Part shown: in pieces, positions 41,504-50,002 of the stretch | Position numbering within the stretch: the stretch's first letter is position 1 | Layout: each line of letters starts with the position of its first letter | Notes under the pieces: generated by a model | The model's database searches: none | Told to the model about the DNA's origin: nothing | What the model saw: the letters and a program-made list of their open reading frames with translations, nothing else | Program-made: the position numbers and the translations under genes | NCBI GenBank assembly: GCA_946621875.1 | Contig: CAMOOX010000001.1 | Coordinates: 6,280-70,279, forward strand | Direction of reading: 5' to 3' | Length of the DNA: 64,000 nt | Origin: an uncultured Clostridia bacterium | GTDB lineage: Bacteria > Bacillota > Clostridia > UBA1381

Positions 41504-42040
41504 ATGCCAAGACCAAAGACGAAAGATGAACTGCTTTTGGCAGCAGAGGATAATTACAAAAAGCTTCTTGATATTATAGACGGTATGTCGGAAGAGGAAC
41601 TTTCTACCCCTTTTGATTTCTCGAAAGACAAAAGTAAAAAGGAGGCACATTGGCTAAGAGATAAGAATTTGCGTGATGTGCTTGCGCATCTTTATGAATG
41701 GCATCAGCTTTTGATTAAATGGGTTAATGAAAACCAAAAAGGAAATAATATACCATTTTTGCCGGAGCCGTATAATTGGAAAACTTATGGGGATATGAAT
41801 GTCGGTTTTTGGGAAAAACATCAAAACACAAGTCTTCAAACCATAAAAAGTATGTTCCAAAAATCCCATAAAGATGTGGTTTCGCTAATTAAATCTTTTC
41901 AAGACGAGGATTTGTTCGAAAAGGGGAAATATAAATGGGTTGGAGGTACGGTGCTTGGCTCATATTTTGTCAGTACCACTTCAAGTCATTACGATTGGGC
42001 TATTAAGAAGCTGAAAGCGCATAAGAAGAACTGCGCATAA
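41504..42040 (+). CDS. ClbS/DfsB-family four-helix-bundle protein (DUF1706)
   Basis: 178 aa. MPRPKTKDELL..NY.KLL start and the ..H.YEWH.. pattern typical of ClbS/DfsB. Confidence 0.78.
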   Translation: MPRPKTKDELLLAAEDNYKKLLDIIDGMSEEELSTPFDFSKDKSKKEAHWLRDKNLRDVLAHLYEWHQLLIKWVNENQKGNNIPFLPEPYNWKTYGDMNVGFWEKHQNTSLQTIKSMFQKSHKDVVSLIKSFQDEDLFEKGKYKWVGGTVLGSYFVSTTSSHYDWAIKKLKAHKKNCA

Positions 42041-42060
42041 ACTTAGGACTTATCGGAATG

Positions 42061-42088
42061 TTGACAATGAAGAAAAATATGATATAAT
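42061..42088 (+). promoter_or_regulatory. Sigma-A-type promoter of rex
   Basis: TTGACA (42061-42066), 16-nt spacer, TGa-TATAAT (42083-42088). Confidence 0.55.
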
Positions 42089-42121
42089 TAAAATAGTATG
42101 TGCTAATGGGAGGTTGGTAAT

Positions 42122-42754
42122 TTGAATACGAATGACAAAAAGGTGCCAGAAGTAGTTATAAAGCGGCTTCCCAGGTATTACAGATATTTAGACGAGCTTG
42201 ATAAAGAGGGCAAAACGCGTATTTCATCAACGGCACTCAGCAAAAAAATGGGCGTAACCGCAAGTCAGATACGCCAGGATTTTAACTATTTTGGCGGATT
42301 TGGACAGCAGGGATACGGATATAATGTGCAATATCTTCTGACCGAGCTAAAAAAGCTTTTGGGAATTACCAAGGGGTATAAAACTATTATTGTTGGCGCA
42401 GGAAATTTAGGTCATGCAATTGCCAATTACGGAGGACTTAAAAAGCGCGGGTTTAAGCTTATCGGAATTTTTGACAATGACAAGGAAAAAGTAGGAAAAG
42501 CAGCAGCGGGTATAATAATCAAAGATATTTCGGAAATCAGCCGCTTTATAGAGGAAAATAAAGTTGAAATTGCGATATTGACACTTCCCAAAAAAGCAAC
42601 CGAAGAAATTGCAGATATGCTTATAGAAAGCGGAATAAAAGGTCTTTGGAACTTTTCCTATACCGAGCTTGCAGGCAAGGATTCGGTAGTTGTGGAAAAT
42701 GTGCATCTTACCGACTCTTTAATGACGCTGTCTTTTAAAATGAATCAGAAATAA
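42122..42754 (+). CDS. rex: Redox-sensing transcriptional repressor Rex
   Basis: RLPRYYRYL winged helix plus a GAGNLG Rossmann fold. TTG start 7 nt after GGGAGG. Confidence 0.92.
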   Translation: MNTNDKKVPEVVIKRLPRYYRYLDELDKEGKTRISSTALSKKMGVTASQIRQDFNYFGGFGQQGYGYNVQYLLTELKKLLGITKGYKTIIVGAGNLGHAIANYGGLKKRGFKLIGIFDNDKEKVGKAAAGIIIKDISEISRFIEENKVEIAILTLPKKATEEIADMLIESGIKGLWNFSYTELAGKDSVVVENVHLTDSLMTLSFKMNQK

Positions 42755-42784
42755 AGTGATATAAAGCCGCCGAGTTACTGTTTT

Positions 42785-42997
42785 TTATTTATTCTCAAAT
42801 GCTATTATGTCTTGAATATTGCAGTCAAGAGCCAGACATATTCTATCAAGTACAAAACTGTCGTATCGTACCACCGTATTTTTATAGTAGTTATCAATTA
42901 TTTGGTATCGTATTCCTGTGCGTTTTGCAAGCTCATACCTTGTTATATTACATTTTTTTAATGTCTCATCAAGTATTATTTTTATCAAAATCAGCAT
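42785..42997 (-). CDS. Small XRE-family HTH protein (YozG/COG3655-like), paralogue of 12181..12384
   Basis: 70 aa from Met51 of the track ORF: ..NITRYELAKRTGIRYQIIDNY..FVLDRICLALDCNIQDIIAF... The upstream part of the track ORF overlaps the FG-GAP gene and is rejected. Confidence 0.7.
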   Translation of the reverse strand: MLILIKIILDETLKKCNITRYELAKRTGIRYQIIDNYYKNTVVRYDSFVLDRICLALDCNIQDIIAFENK

Positions 42998-43025
42998 CTG
43001 CCTTATACTTATAAAACCGCTGTTT

Positions 43026-44612
43026 TTACTCGTCTTTGAGAGAAATAATGAGCCGTGCCAAATCCTGTTTTGATAGGGTATAATTTTCATCGAAGGCAAA
43101 GTTTTTTGGTATCCCAAGCTTATCAAGTACGGAATTTGCATAGGCAACCGTTACCTCTTTATCAGGGTGGAAGAAGTTATCGGAGTTTTCGATAATGCCC
43201 AAAGCTCTTGCTGTTCCAACTGATTGATAATATGCAGTATCTGCTGAAACATCACGGAAATTGTCGCTAAAATCCTCTTTAAGATTCAGTAAGGATATCA
43301 AAAGCATAATAAATTCCCCACGCGTAACCTTTGCAAAACTGCTGTGAAAATACACATTTGCATAGGAATCTGCCCACTTTAATATATTTTGCGATGCAAA
43401 ATCGTCCGAAATATATCCCTCTGCGAATTGACTTCTGGGAAGAAGGTTATAGACGGACGCATTATAATACTGCCGTGGCTGTTGACGCATATACGGGCGC
43501 GCAGGCTCGGAAAGATCTTGGTATGAAGCTGAATAGATATCAAGGTTTTCGTTATTAAAAATAATTATCTGCATATGCCCGTCGCCCAAAAGGTCGCAGC
43601 AGGAGATATTTCCGAAGGTTTCAAGCGTGTAAGCCGTCCGCATATATCCGTCAAAAACTGTGGTTACAATATCTTCTTTCTTATGACCGACGATGTAGGT
43701 TTTTCCTGTATCATCAAAATTATATAAAACTTGCGGAAGATATACCGTTTCGTTCTTTTGTATTAAAAATTCGCCGCTTGCTGAAAACATCGAAAGGCTG
43801 TCCATAAACAAAATATCCTCTTTTGCGGAGTTTTCGCGGAAATGTGCAACACAAAAGCTTTGGGCGGTTTCGTCAATTTGCCATAAAGGCTCACCGTTTG
43901 CCGTGTAAGCACGCACAAAAGGTCCGCAGAATATCACAATAGGGGCAGTTTCTCCGCTTAAAAGGCAGGCACAAACAGAGTTTGCGTGGTCAGGCATATC
44001 TGCTTTCCATAAAAGTCCGCCGTCTGATGTCAATACATTGTAGCCTGCAATAATTTCTTCTTTCCCGTCACCGTTTAAGTCAAAAACAAAAGGCGTATGT
44101 CCGAGATTTCCCTCAAAACTCCAAATAATGTTCAGGTTAAAATCAAGAGCCCACATTTTGCTGAATTTGTTTTTTATAAGTATATTTTGCGCATATCCCG
44201 TTCCTTCAAGGTCGGCTATTGTGATGCTGTCGCATGCAAATTTATCCGGAAGGGACGCTTTTTTCTTAATCTCTCCGCTTTTTCCGTCCAAAACCAGAAT
44301 TTCGCCGTCCATTATCAGTATAACTTCATTTTTTCCGTCGCGGTCAAGGTCATAAATCTGTGCAGGAATATCGCCTTTTACCAATGGTGAATCATATTCG
44401 CTGTCGCCAATTTGCCACAAAAGCTCTCCGTCAGCTGAGAATGCTGTTGCGCAAACTACACTGTTCGCAAAATAGCGCGTATCTTGCACGCGGTCGGGTT
44501 TTATAAACAAAAAATCCATACGCCCATCTCCCGAAAGGTCGCCGAACCGGATTTGGCAGGCACTTCCTGCGGGGCGGATATTTATACTTTTTATAGGTTT
44601 AAGATTTTCCAT
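43026..44612 (-). CDS. FG-GAP/VCBS-repeat beta-propeller protein with an SLH-like C-terminal region
   Basis: 528 aa. Repeated Ca-binding-type motifs GDLSGDGRMDF, DLDRDGKNEV, DLNGDGKEEI, DLLGDGHMQI. C-terminus has KVTRGEFIMLL and FRDVSADTAYYQSVGTARALGII (SLH-like). No N-terminal signal peptide is visible. Confidence 0.6.
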   Translation of the reverse strand: MENLKPIKSINIRPAGSACQIRFGDLSGDGRMDFLFIKPDRVQDTRYFANSVVCATAFSADGELLWQIGDSEYDSPLVKGDIPAQIYDLDRDGKNEVILIMDGEILVLDGKSGEIKKKASLPDKFACDSITIADLEGTGYAQNILIKNKFSKMWALDFNLNIIWSFEGNLGHTPFVFDLNGDGKEEIIAGYNVLTSDGGLLWKADMPDHANSVCACLLSGETAPIVIFCGPFVRAYTANGEPLWQIDETAQSFCVAHFRENSAKEDILFMDSLSMFSASGEFLIQKNETVYLPQVLYNFDDTGKTYIVGHKKEDIVTTVFDGYMRTAYTLETFGNISCCDLLGDGHMQIIIFNNENLDIYSASYQDLSEPARPYMRQQPRQYYNASVYNLLPRSQFAEGYISDDFASQNILKWADSYANVYFHSSFAKVTRGEFIMLLISLLNLKEDFSDNFRDVSADTAYYQSVGTARALGIIENSDNFFHPDKEVTVAYANSVLDKLGIPKNFAFDENYTLSKQDLARLIISLKDE

Positions 44613-44721
44613 AAAACAAGCCTTTCAATGGTTTATGGAATTAGTATAACATATATTTAAAATAAATGCAAATGCTGCGGCATAAATATAAAATAGGGAG
44701 CTTTTAAAGGGGGCGTTTTTT

Positions 44722-44982
44722 GTGCAAAAAAATCTTGATTTAAGGCAAAAAAAGGTGATTGATGTAGATACGGCGGAGCAGATAGGATACATACGGGATA
44801 TGGACATTGATTTATCAAGCGGAAAAATTTTGTCCGTGAGCATACCAAAGGGCGGACTTTCGTGGCTTATGCACGATTTTAAGGGCATTACAATATCTTG
44901 GGAGGAGGTTATTGCAATCGGAAGTGAATATGTTTTGGTAAAACTAAAAAAAAATCCTAAAATTATTGATGAAAGTTGTTGA
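44722..44982 (+). CDS. YlmC/YmxH-family PRC-barrel sporulation protein
   Basis: 86 aa, GTG start. ..KKVIDVDTAEQIGYIRDMDIDLSSGKILSVSIP.. matches the YlmC/YmxH pattern. Confidence 0.8.
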   Translation: MQKNLDLRQKKVIDVDTAEQIGYIRDMDIDLSSGKILSVSIPKGGLSWLMHDFKGITISWEEVIAIGSEYVLVKLKKNPKIIDESC

Positions 44983-45007
44983 CATATAGAAAAATAGGTG
45001 GTATAAT
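44979..45007 (+). promoter_or_regulatory. Sigma-A-type promoter of the lysine riboswitch-lysA unit
   Basis: TTGACA (44979-44984, overlapping the ylmC stop), 17-nt spacer, TATAAT (45002-45007). Confidence 0.65.
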
Positions 45008-45018
45008 TGAGCAGAATT

Positions 45019-45190
45019 GGTAGAGGTCGCATTTGACAATCAGTACCATACGGTGGCAGGCTTTGACAAAGCTATGCCGTATGCGGAAAGGTGTCGGTGC
45101 CGAGGGCAGCTATGTCAAAAGCTGTATCCGACACGGTGAAATAAGATTTGCCGTGTTGTCGTGCTTTATAGCACGGAGAGCTATCGGTAT
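45019..45190 (+). promoter_or_regulatory. Lysine riboswitch (L-box) aptamer
   Basis: Conserved L-box blocks in order: GGTAGAGGTCGC, CAGTA, GGAAAGG, GGTGCCGAGG, then 3' GGAGAGCTATC closing P1 with GGTAG. Located directly upstream of lysA. Confidence 0.85.
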
Positions 45191-45213
45191 TTGTTTTTTT
45201 GACGGAACATTTA

Positions 45214-45243
45214 TGATAGCCTTTACAAGACTGTCATTTTTTT
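45214..45243 (+). terminator. Candidate expression-platform terminator of the L-box
   Basis: TGATAG (45214-45219) / CTGTCA (45231-45236) stem followed by T7 (45237-45243). GATAGC can alternatively pair with the P1 3' strand GCTATC (45180-45185). Confidence 0.5.
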
Positions 45244-45302
45244 GTGTCTATACATAAAGGACAGAGTTTCAAACTATAATTTTATTGGTAGGGGGAAAAA
45301 AG

Positions 45303-46601
45303 ATGCAGATTTGCAATAATATCGACACAAACGAAAAAGGTAACCTGACTTTTGCAGGTTTTGATACAACTGAGCTTGCTAAAAAGTACGGTACACCGCT
45401 TTATCTTATGGACGAGGATAAAATCCGTGAAAAGATGCGCATTTACAAAAATGCTATGAAAAAGCATTTCGGAAAGGGCAGTGTGCCCATTTATGCGTCA
45501 AAGGCGGCGAGCTTTAAGCGTATTTATAAAATTGCTGAGGAGGAGGGCATAGGAGTTGATGTCGTATCCATAGGCGAGATGTTTACTGCAATTTCGGCTG
45601 GTTATGATATTTCCAAAGCATTTTTCCACGGCAATAACAAAACAGGAGAGGAAATAGAGTTCGCAATAAAGAACAATATCGGATACTTTGTTGCCGATTC
45701 CTTTGAAGAGCTTGAAAGAATAAACGAAGAGGCGAAAAAGCAGGGCAAAATTCAAAAGGTGCTTTTGCGTATTACACCCGGTATAGATACACATACAAAT
45801 AAGAAAATTGCGACGGGTAATGTTGACTCGAAATTCGGTATTGCAATAGCAACCGGGCAGGCATATGATTTTGCAGAAGCTGCAATACATTACGAAAATA
45901 TTGAACTGTCAGGCTATCATTGCCATGTCGGTTCGCAGGTATTCGATGCGGAAACCTTTATTGACGCGGTTGATATTATGATGGATTTTGCCCATGATGT
46001 TGAGGAAAAAACGGGATATGCCCCCGAAATTCTAAATCTTGGCGGTGGTTTTGGCGTGAGATATGTTTACTCACAGCCTGACCTCGACATTGAAAACAGC
46101 ATTAAAGAGGTTGGCGAAGTTTTAACCCAAAAATGCAAGGAAATCGGTATGATAAAACCGAAAATAATGATGGAGCCGGGAAGAAGCATTGTTGCAGATG
46201 CAGGAATGACGCTTTATACGGTTGGTACTGTAAAGCAAATTAAGAATTTTAAAAATTATGTAGCTATCGACGGCGGAATGTCAGATAATCCGCGCTTTGC
46301 GCTATATGATGCAGAATACACGGTAATTACGGCAAATAAGGCAACACTTCCTAAGCATTATAGATGCAGTATTGTCGGAAAATGCTGTGAAAGCGGAGAT
46401 ATAATTCAGGAAGATGTGCATATTGCAAAGCCTGAACCGGGAGATATAATAGCGGTACTCACAACGGGAGCATATAATTACTCTATGGCATCAAACTATA
46501 ACAGATTGAGAAAACCGCCTGTTGTAATGCTGTCTGGCGGAAAGGATTATGTTGCGGTAAAGCGCGAAACTCTTGAAGATTTGATAAGAAACGATATATA
46601 A
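45303..46601 (+). CDS. lysA: Diaminopimelate decarboxylase
   Basis: 432 aa from the ATG at 45303 (GGGGGA RBS). PLP fold III/ornithine decarboxylase-type motifs GGGFGV and CESGD. Confidence 0.94.
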   Translation: MQICNNIDTNEKGNLTFAGFDTTELAKKYGTPLYLMDEDKIREKMRIYKNAMKKHFGKGSVPIYASKAASFKRIYKIAEEEGIGVDVVSIGEMFTAISAGYDISKAFFHGNNKTGEEIEFAIKNNIGYFVADSFEELERINEEAKKQGKIQKVLLRITPGIDTHTNKKIATGNVDSKFGIAIATGQAYDFAEAAIHYENIELSGYHCHVGSQVFDAETFIDAVDIMMDFAHDVEEKTGYAPEILNLGGGFGVRYVYSQPDLDIENSIKEVGEVLTQKCKEIGMIKPKIMMEPGRSIVADAGMTLYTVGTVKQIKNFKNYVAIDGGMSDNPRFALYDAEYTVITANKATLPKHYRCSIVGKCCESGDIIQEDVHIAKPEPGDIIAVLTTGAYNYSMASNYNRLRKPPVVMLSGGKDYVAVKRETLEDLIRNDI

Positions 46602-46610
46602 GCCAAGAGG

Positions 46611-46639
46611 TTGACATAAAAGCCCCAAAATGTTAATAT
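46611..46639 (+). promoter_or_regulatory. Sigma-A-type promoter of asd-dapA-dapB
   Basis: TTGACA (46611-46616), 17-nt spacer, TGt-TAATAT (46634-46639). Confidence 0.6.
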
Positions 46640-46676
46640 TTAAGAAAGAAATACACTCGGCAAGGAGAGATTTTTT

Positions 46677-47759
46677 GTGAAAGAAAGTTTTAGTGTTGGA
46701 ATAATAGGCGCAACGGGTATGGTAGGTCAGCGGTTTATTGAGCTGCTTACAGACCATCCATGGTTTAAAATAAAGGTTTTAGCCGCATCTGGAAGGAGCG
46801 CAGGCAAAACTTACCGTGAGGCGGTAGGCGAAAAATGGGTAATGGAAAGCGAAATTCCCCAAAATGTTGCCGATATAGTTGTAATGGACGCAGCAGAGGA
46901 TGCGGAGAAAATCGCAAAAAGTGTTGACTTTGTTTTCTGTGCGGTAAATATGAAAAAGGACGAGATAAAGGCATTGGAGGAAAAGTATGCAAAGCTTGAA
47001 TGCCCTGTTATCTCAAACAATTCCGCACACCGCCACACACCTGATGTTCCTATGGTTATCCCTGAAATAAACCCTGAACATCTTGAAGTGATTGCATCTC
47101 AGAGAAAAAGGCTCGGTACAAAGCGCGGATTTATTGCAGTTAAATCAAACTGCTCAATCCAAAGCTATGTCCCTGCGCTTCATCCGCTTAAAAAATATGG
47201 TATAACAAAGGTTTTGGCAACTACTTATCAGGCAATTTCAGGAGCAGGAAAGACTTTTGAAACATGGCCTGAAATGGTTGATAATCTTATCCCATATATC
47301 GGCGGAGAGGAGGAAAAATCCGAACTTGAACCACTTAAAGTATGGGGTAAAATCGAAAATGGCGAAATTGTTGACGCAAAAGAGCCGTCGATTACGACAC
47401 AATGCCTGCGAGTTCCCGTTTCAAACGGGCATACAGCTGCGGTTTTCGTAAGCTTTAAGGATAAACCGCAGGTAGATGAGATAAAAGAGGCTTGGAAAAA
47501 CTTTAAGGGTGAGCCGCAGGATTTGGAACTTCCGCACGCACCTAAGCAGTTTTTGCACTATTTTGAAGAAGATGACAGACCGCAAAGCCGTCTTGACAGA
47601 ATGTTAGAGGGCGGAATGGCAGTGTCGGTGGGAAGACTGCGCCCCGATACCCAGTATGACTATAAGTTTGTAAGCCTTTCGCATAATACGCTGCGCGGCG
47701 CAGCAGGCGGCGGCGTGCTTTTGGCAGAGCTTTTGGCTAAAAAGGGATATTTGGATTAA
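46677..47759 (+). CDS. asd: Aspartate-semialdehyde dehydrogenase
   Basis: 360 aa. GATGMVGQ NADP fold and active-site SNCS. GTG start 9 nt after AAGGAG. Confidence 0.94.
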   Translation: MKESFSVGIIGATGMVGQRFIELLTDHPWFKIKVLAASGRSAGKTYREAVGEKWVMESEIPQNVADIVVMDAAEDAEKIAKSVDFVFCAVNMKKDEIKALEEKYAKLECPVISNNSAHRHTPDVPMVIPEINPEHLEVIASQRKRLGTKRGFIAVKSNCSIQSYVPALHPLKKYGITKVLATTYQAISGAGKTFETWPEMVDNLIPYIGGEEEKSELEPLKVWGKIENGEIVDAKEPSITTQCLRVPVSNGHTAAVFVSFKDKPQVDEIKEAWKNFKGEPQDLELPHAPKQFLHYFEEDDRPQSRLDRMLEGGMAVSVGRLRPDTQYDYKFVSLSHNTLRGAAGGGVLLAELLAKKGYLD

Positions 47760-47809
47760 AAGATACCCCAAAACTTTATAAAAGGGGTAAGAAAGGCTAT
47801 GGTGATATT

Positions 47810-48700
47810 ATGAAAGAATTACCGTTTACAGGTTCGGGTGTTGCACTTATCACGCCTTTTTGCGAGGACGGCACGCCGAACTATGAAAAACTTGACGAAA
47901 TTTTGGAGATGCACATAAAAAATAAGACCGATGCGGTAATAGTATGCGGAACAACGGGTGAGGCATCGACTCTTCCCGACGATGAGCACTTGGAAATAAT
48001 AAAGCATACGGTAAAGACTGTGGCAGGACGGATTAAGGTAATAGGAGGAACGGGAAGTAACTATACCGAGCACGCAATAGACTTTTCCAAAAAAGCGGAG
48101 GAATACGGCTGCGATGCAGTTTTGTGCGTAACTCCTTACTATAATAAGGCGACAAAAAAGGGACTTGTGGCACATTATACCGCCATTGCAAACGCAATTT
48201 CGATACCCGTTATTATGTATAATGTTCCGTCAAGAACAGGAGTAAATATCCCGATAGAGGCGCTTTCTGAGCTTGCAAAAGTTCCGAATATTGTTGCAAT
48301 AAAGGAAGCAAGCGGTAATATGAGCTATGCAATGAAGGTAAGGAGCGAAGTTCCCGAGCTTTATATGTATTCAGGAAACGATGATTTGATTGTTCCTATT
48401 ATGTCAATCGGCGGAAAGGGTGTAATTTCGGTTGTTGCAAATATCTTGCCCCGTGAAACACATAATATATGCGAATACTACGCAAATGGTGAAACGGGAA
48501 AAGCGGCAAAATTGCAGCTTGATATGCTTGATGTAATAAATAATTTATTTATTGAGGTAAACCCAATTCCCGTAAAGACAGCAATGAATGTTTTGGGGTA
48601 TAATGTGGGCGGACTTAAACTTCCTCTTTGTGAAATGGAGGAGAAAAATCTTGAAATACTTAAAAAATCACTTGACAAGTTTGGAGTAAAAAAGCTTTAA
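47810..48700 (+). CDS. dapA: 4-hydroxy-tetrahydrodipicolinate synthase
   Basis: 296 aa. GTTGE motif, Schiff-base Lys region (IVAIKEASG). Confidence 0.95.
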   Translation: MKELPFTGSGVALITPFCEDGTPNYEKLDEILEMHIKNKTDAVIVCGTTGEASTLPDDEHLEIIKHTVKTVAGRIKVIGGTGSNYTEHAIDFSKKAEEYGCDAVLCVTPYYNKATKKGLVAHYTAIANAISIPVIMYNVPSRTGVNIPIEALSELAKVPNIVAIKEASGNMSYAMKVRSEVPELYMYSGNDDLIVPIMSIGGKGVISVVANILPRETHNICEYYANGETGKAAKLQLDMLDVINNLFIEVNPIPVKTAMNVLGYNVGGLKLPLCEMEEKNLEILKKSLDKFGVKKL

Positions 48701-48713
48701 GAGGGTAAAACAA

Positions 48714-49475
48714 ATGACGAATATAATTTTAAGCGGTGCAAATGGCAGAATGGGCAGGGCAATAAGTGAAAAAGCGGCAGGAAGCAAAACCTGCCGCATT
48801 GTTGCAGGCTATGACATCAATAATTTTTGCCAAAATCCATACCCCGTGTTTACGGATATTTCAAAGTGTGATGTTGATGCTGATGTGATAATAGATTTTT
48901 CACATCCTTCTGCATTTGAAACGGTTTTGGAATTTGCAAAGAAGCGCAGACTGCCCCTTATTGTCGCTACGACAGGTTTGAGTGCAGAGCAGAAAGAACA
49001 GCTTTTTACGGCAAAGGCGGAAATTCCTGTGTTTTATTCTGCAAATATGAGCGTTGGTGTGAACCTTTTGATAAATCTTTGCAAAAAGACTGCCTCGGTT
49101 TTGGGCGACAAATTCGATATAGAAATAGTTGAAAAGCATCATAACAAAAAGCTGGATGCACCGAGCGGGACAGCACTTTCCATTGCTGACGGAATAAGCG
49201 AGGTTCTGGAAAATGCGCCTCAATATGTATTTGACCGTCATAGCGTAAGGCGCGAGCGCAGGAAAAATGAAATAGGAATTCACTCGGTACGCGGCGGAAA
49301 TATAGTCGGTGAACACGAAGTGATTTTTGCAGGGGACGATGAAATTATATCCCTTTCTCACAGTGCATTGTCGCGCGAGGTTTTTGCAACGGGAGCACTT
49401 TGCGCGGCGGAGTTTATGAAGGGAAAACCTATCGGGCTTTACGGAATGGATGAGCTTATAGGAGAAATGATATGA
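48714..49475 (+). CDS. dapB: 4-hydroxy-tetrahydrodipicolinate reductase
   Basis: 253 aa. GANGRMG NAD fold and EKHHNKKLDAPSGTA signature. Confidence 0.93.
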   Translation: MTNIILSGANGRMGRAISEKAAGSKTCRIVAGYDINNFCQNPYPVFTDISKCDVDADVIIDFSHPSAFETVLEFAKKRRLPLIVATTGLSAEQKEQLFTAKAEIPVFYSANMSVGVNLLINLCKKTASVLGDKFDIEIVEKHHNKKLDAPSGTALSIADGISEVLENAPQYVFDRHSVRRERRKNEIGIHSVRGGNIVGEHEVIFAGDDEIISLSHSALSREVFATGALCAAEFMKGKPIGLYGMDELIGEMI

Positions 49476-49963
49476 CATCGGTGCAAAAAACCTGCTTTTT
49501 TACGGGGCATAGAGTTATAAATCCTAATTATATCAGTATGATAAAAAGCCATTTAAACGAAGAAATTTTAAATGCGGTAAATAAAGGTTTTACGCATTTT
49601 ATTTCGGGGGGTGCGCTTGGATTTGATACTCTTGCTGCCGAGCAGGTTATTTTGCTGAGAGAGGATTATAATGAAATCGAGTTATCCTTGTATCTTCCAT
49701 GCTCGGACCAGAGCAAAATTTGGAGCGAGTTTGAAAGGATAAGATATGACAATATTTTGAGCTTAGCGGATGAAATATGCTATACCAGTAATGAGCCCTA
49801 CAAAAATGGCTGTATGAAAAAACGCAACGAGGCAATGGCGGAGGCGTCGGATATGTGCATAGCCTTTTTAAGAAGGTTATCAAGCGGAACGGCACAAACG
49901 GTAAAAATGGCACAGGAAAAGGGAATAGATGTAATCAATATTGCTGAAAAAGGCATATTTTAA
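49472..49963 (+). CDS. SLOG-superfamily protein (DUF1273/YpsA-like)
   Basis: 163 aa. CFFTGHR, ISGGALGFDTLAAE and GTAQTV motifs. The ATG overlaps the dapB stop (ATGA). Confidence 0.75.
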   Translation: MTSVQKTCFFTGHRVINPNYISMIKSHLNEEILNAVNKGFTHFISGGALGFDTLAAEQVILLREDYNEIELSLYLPCSDQSKIWSEFERIRYDNILSLADEICYTSNEPYKNGCMKKRNEAMAEASDMCIAFLRRLSSGTAQTVKMAQEKGIDVINIAEKGIF

Positions 49964-50002
49964 GCAAAATGCAGAATAATAAACGGAAGAAGGAGACGCA
50001 GT

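Noticed and set aside
45033-45257. 74-aa plus-strand ORF in the ylmC-lysA intergenic region
   Set aside because: It lies entirely within the lysine riboswitch and its expression platform. It has no RBS and its start is a TTG. The conserved L-box blocks explain the sequence better.
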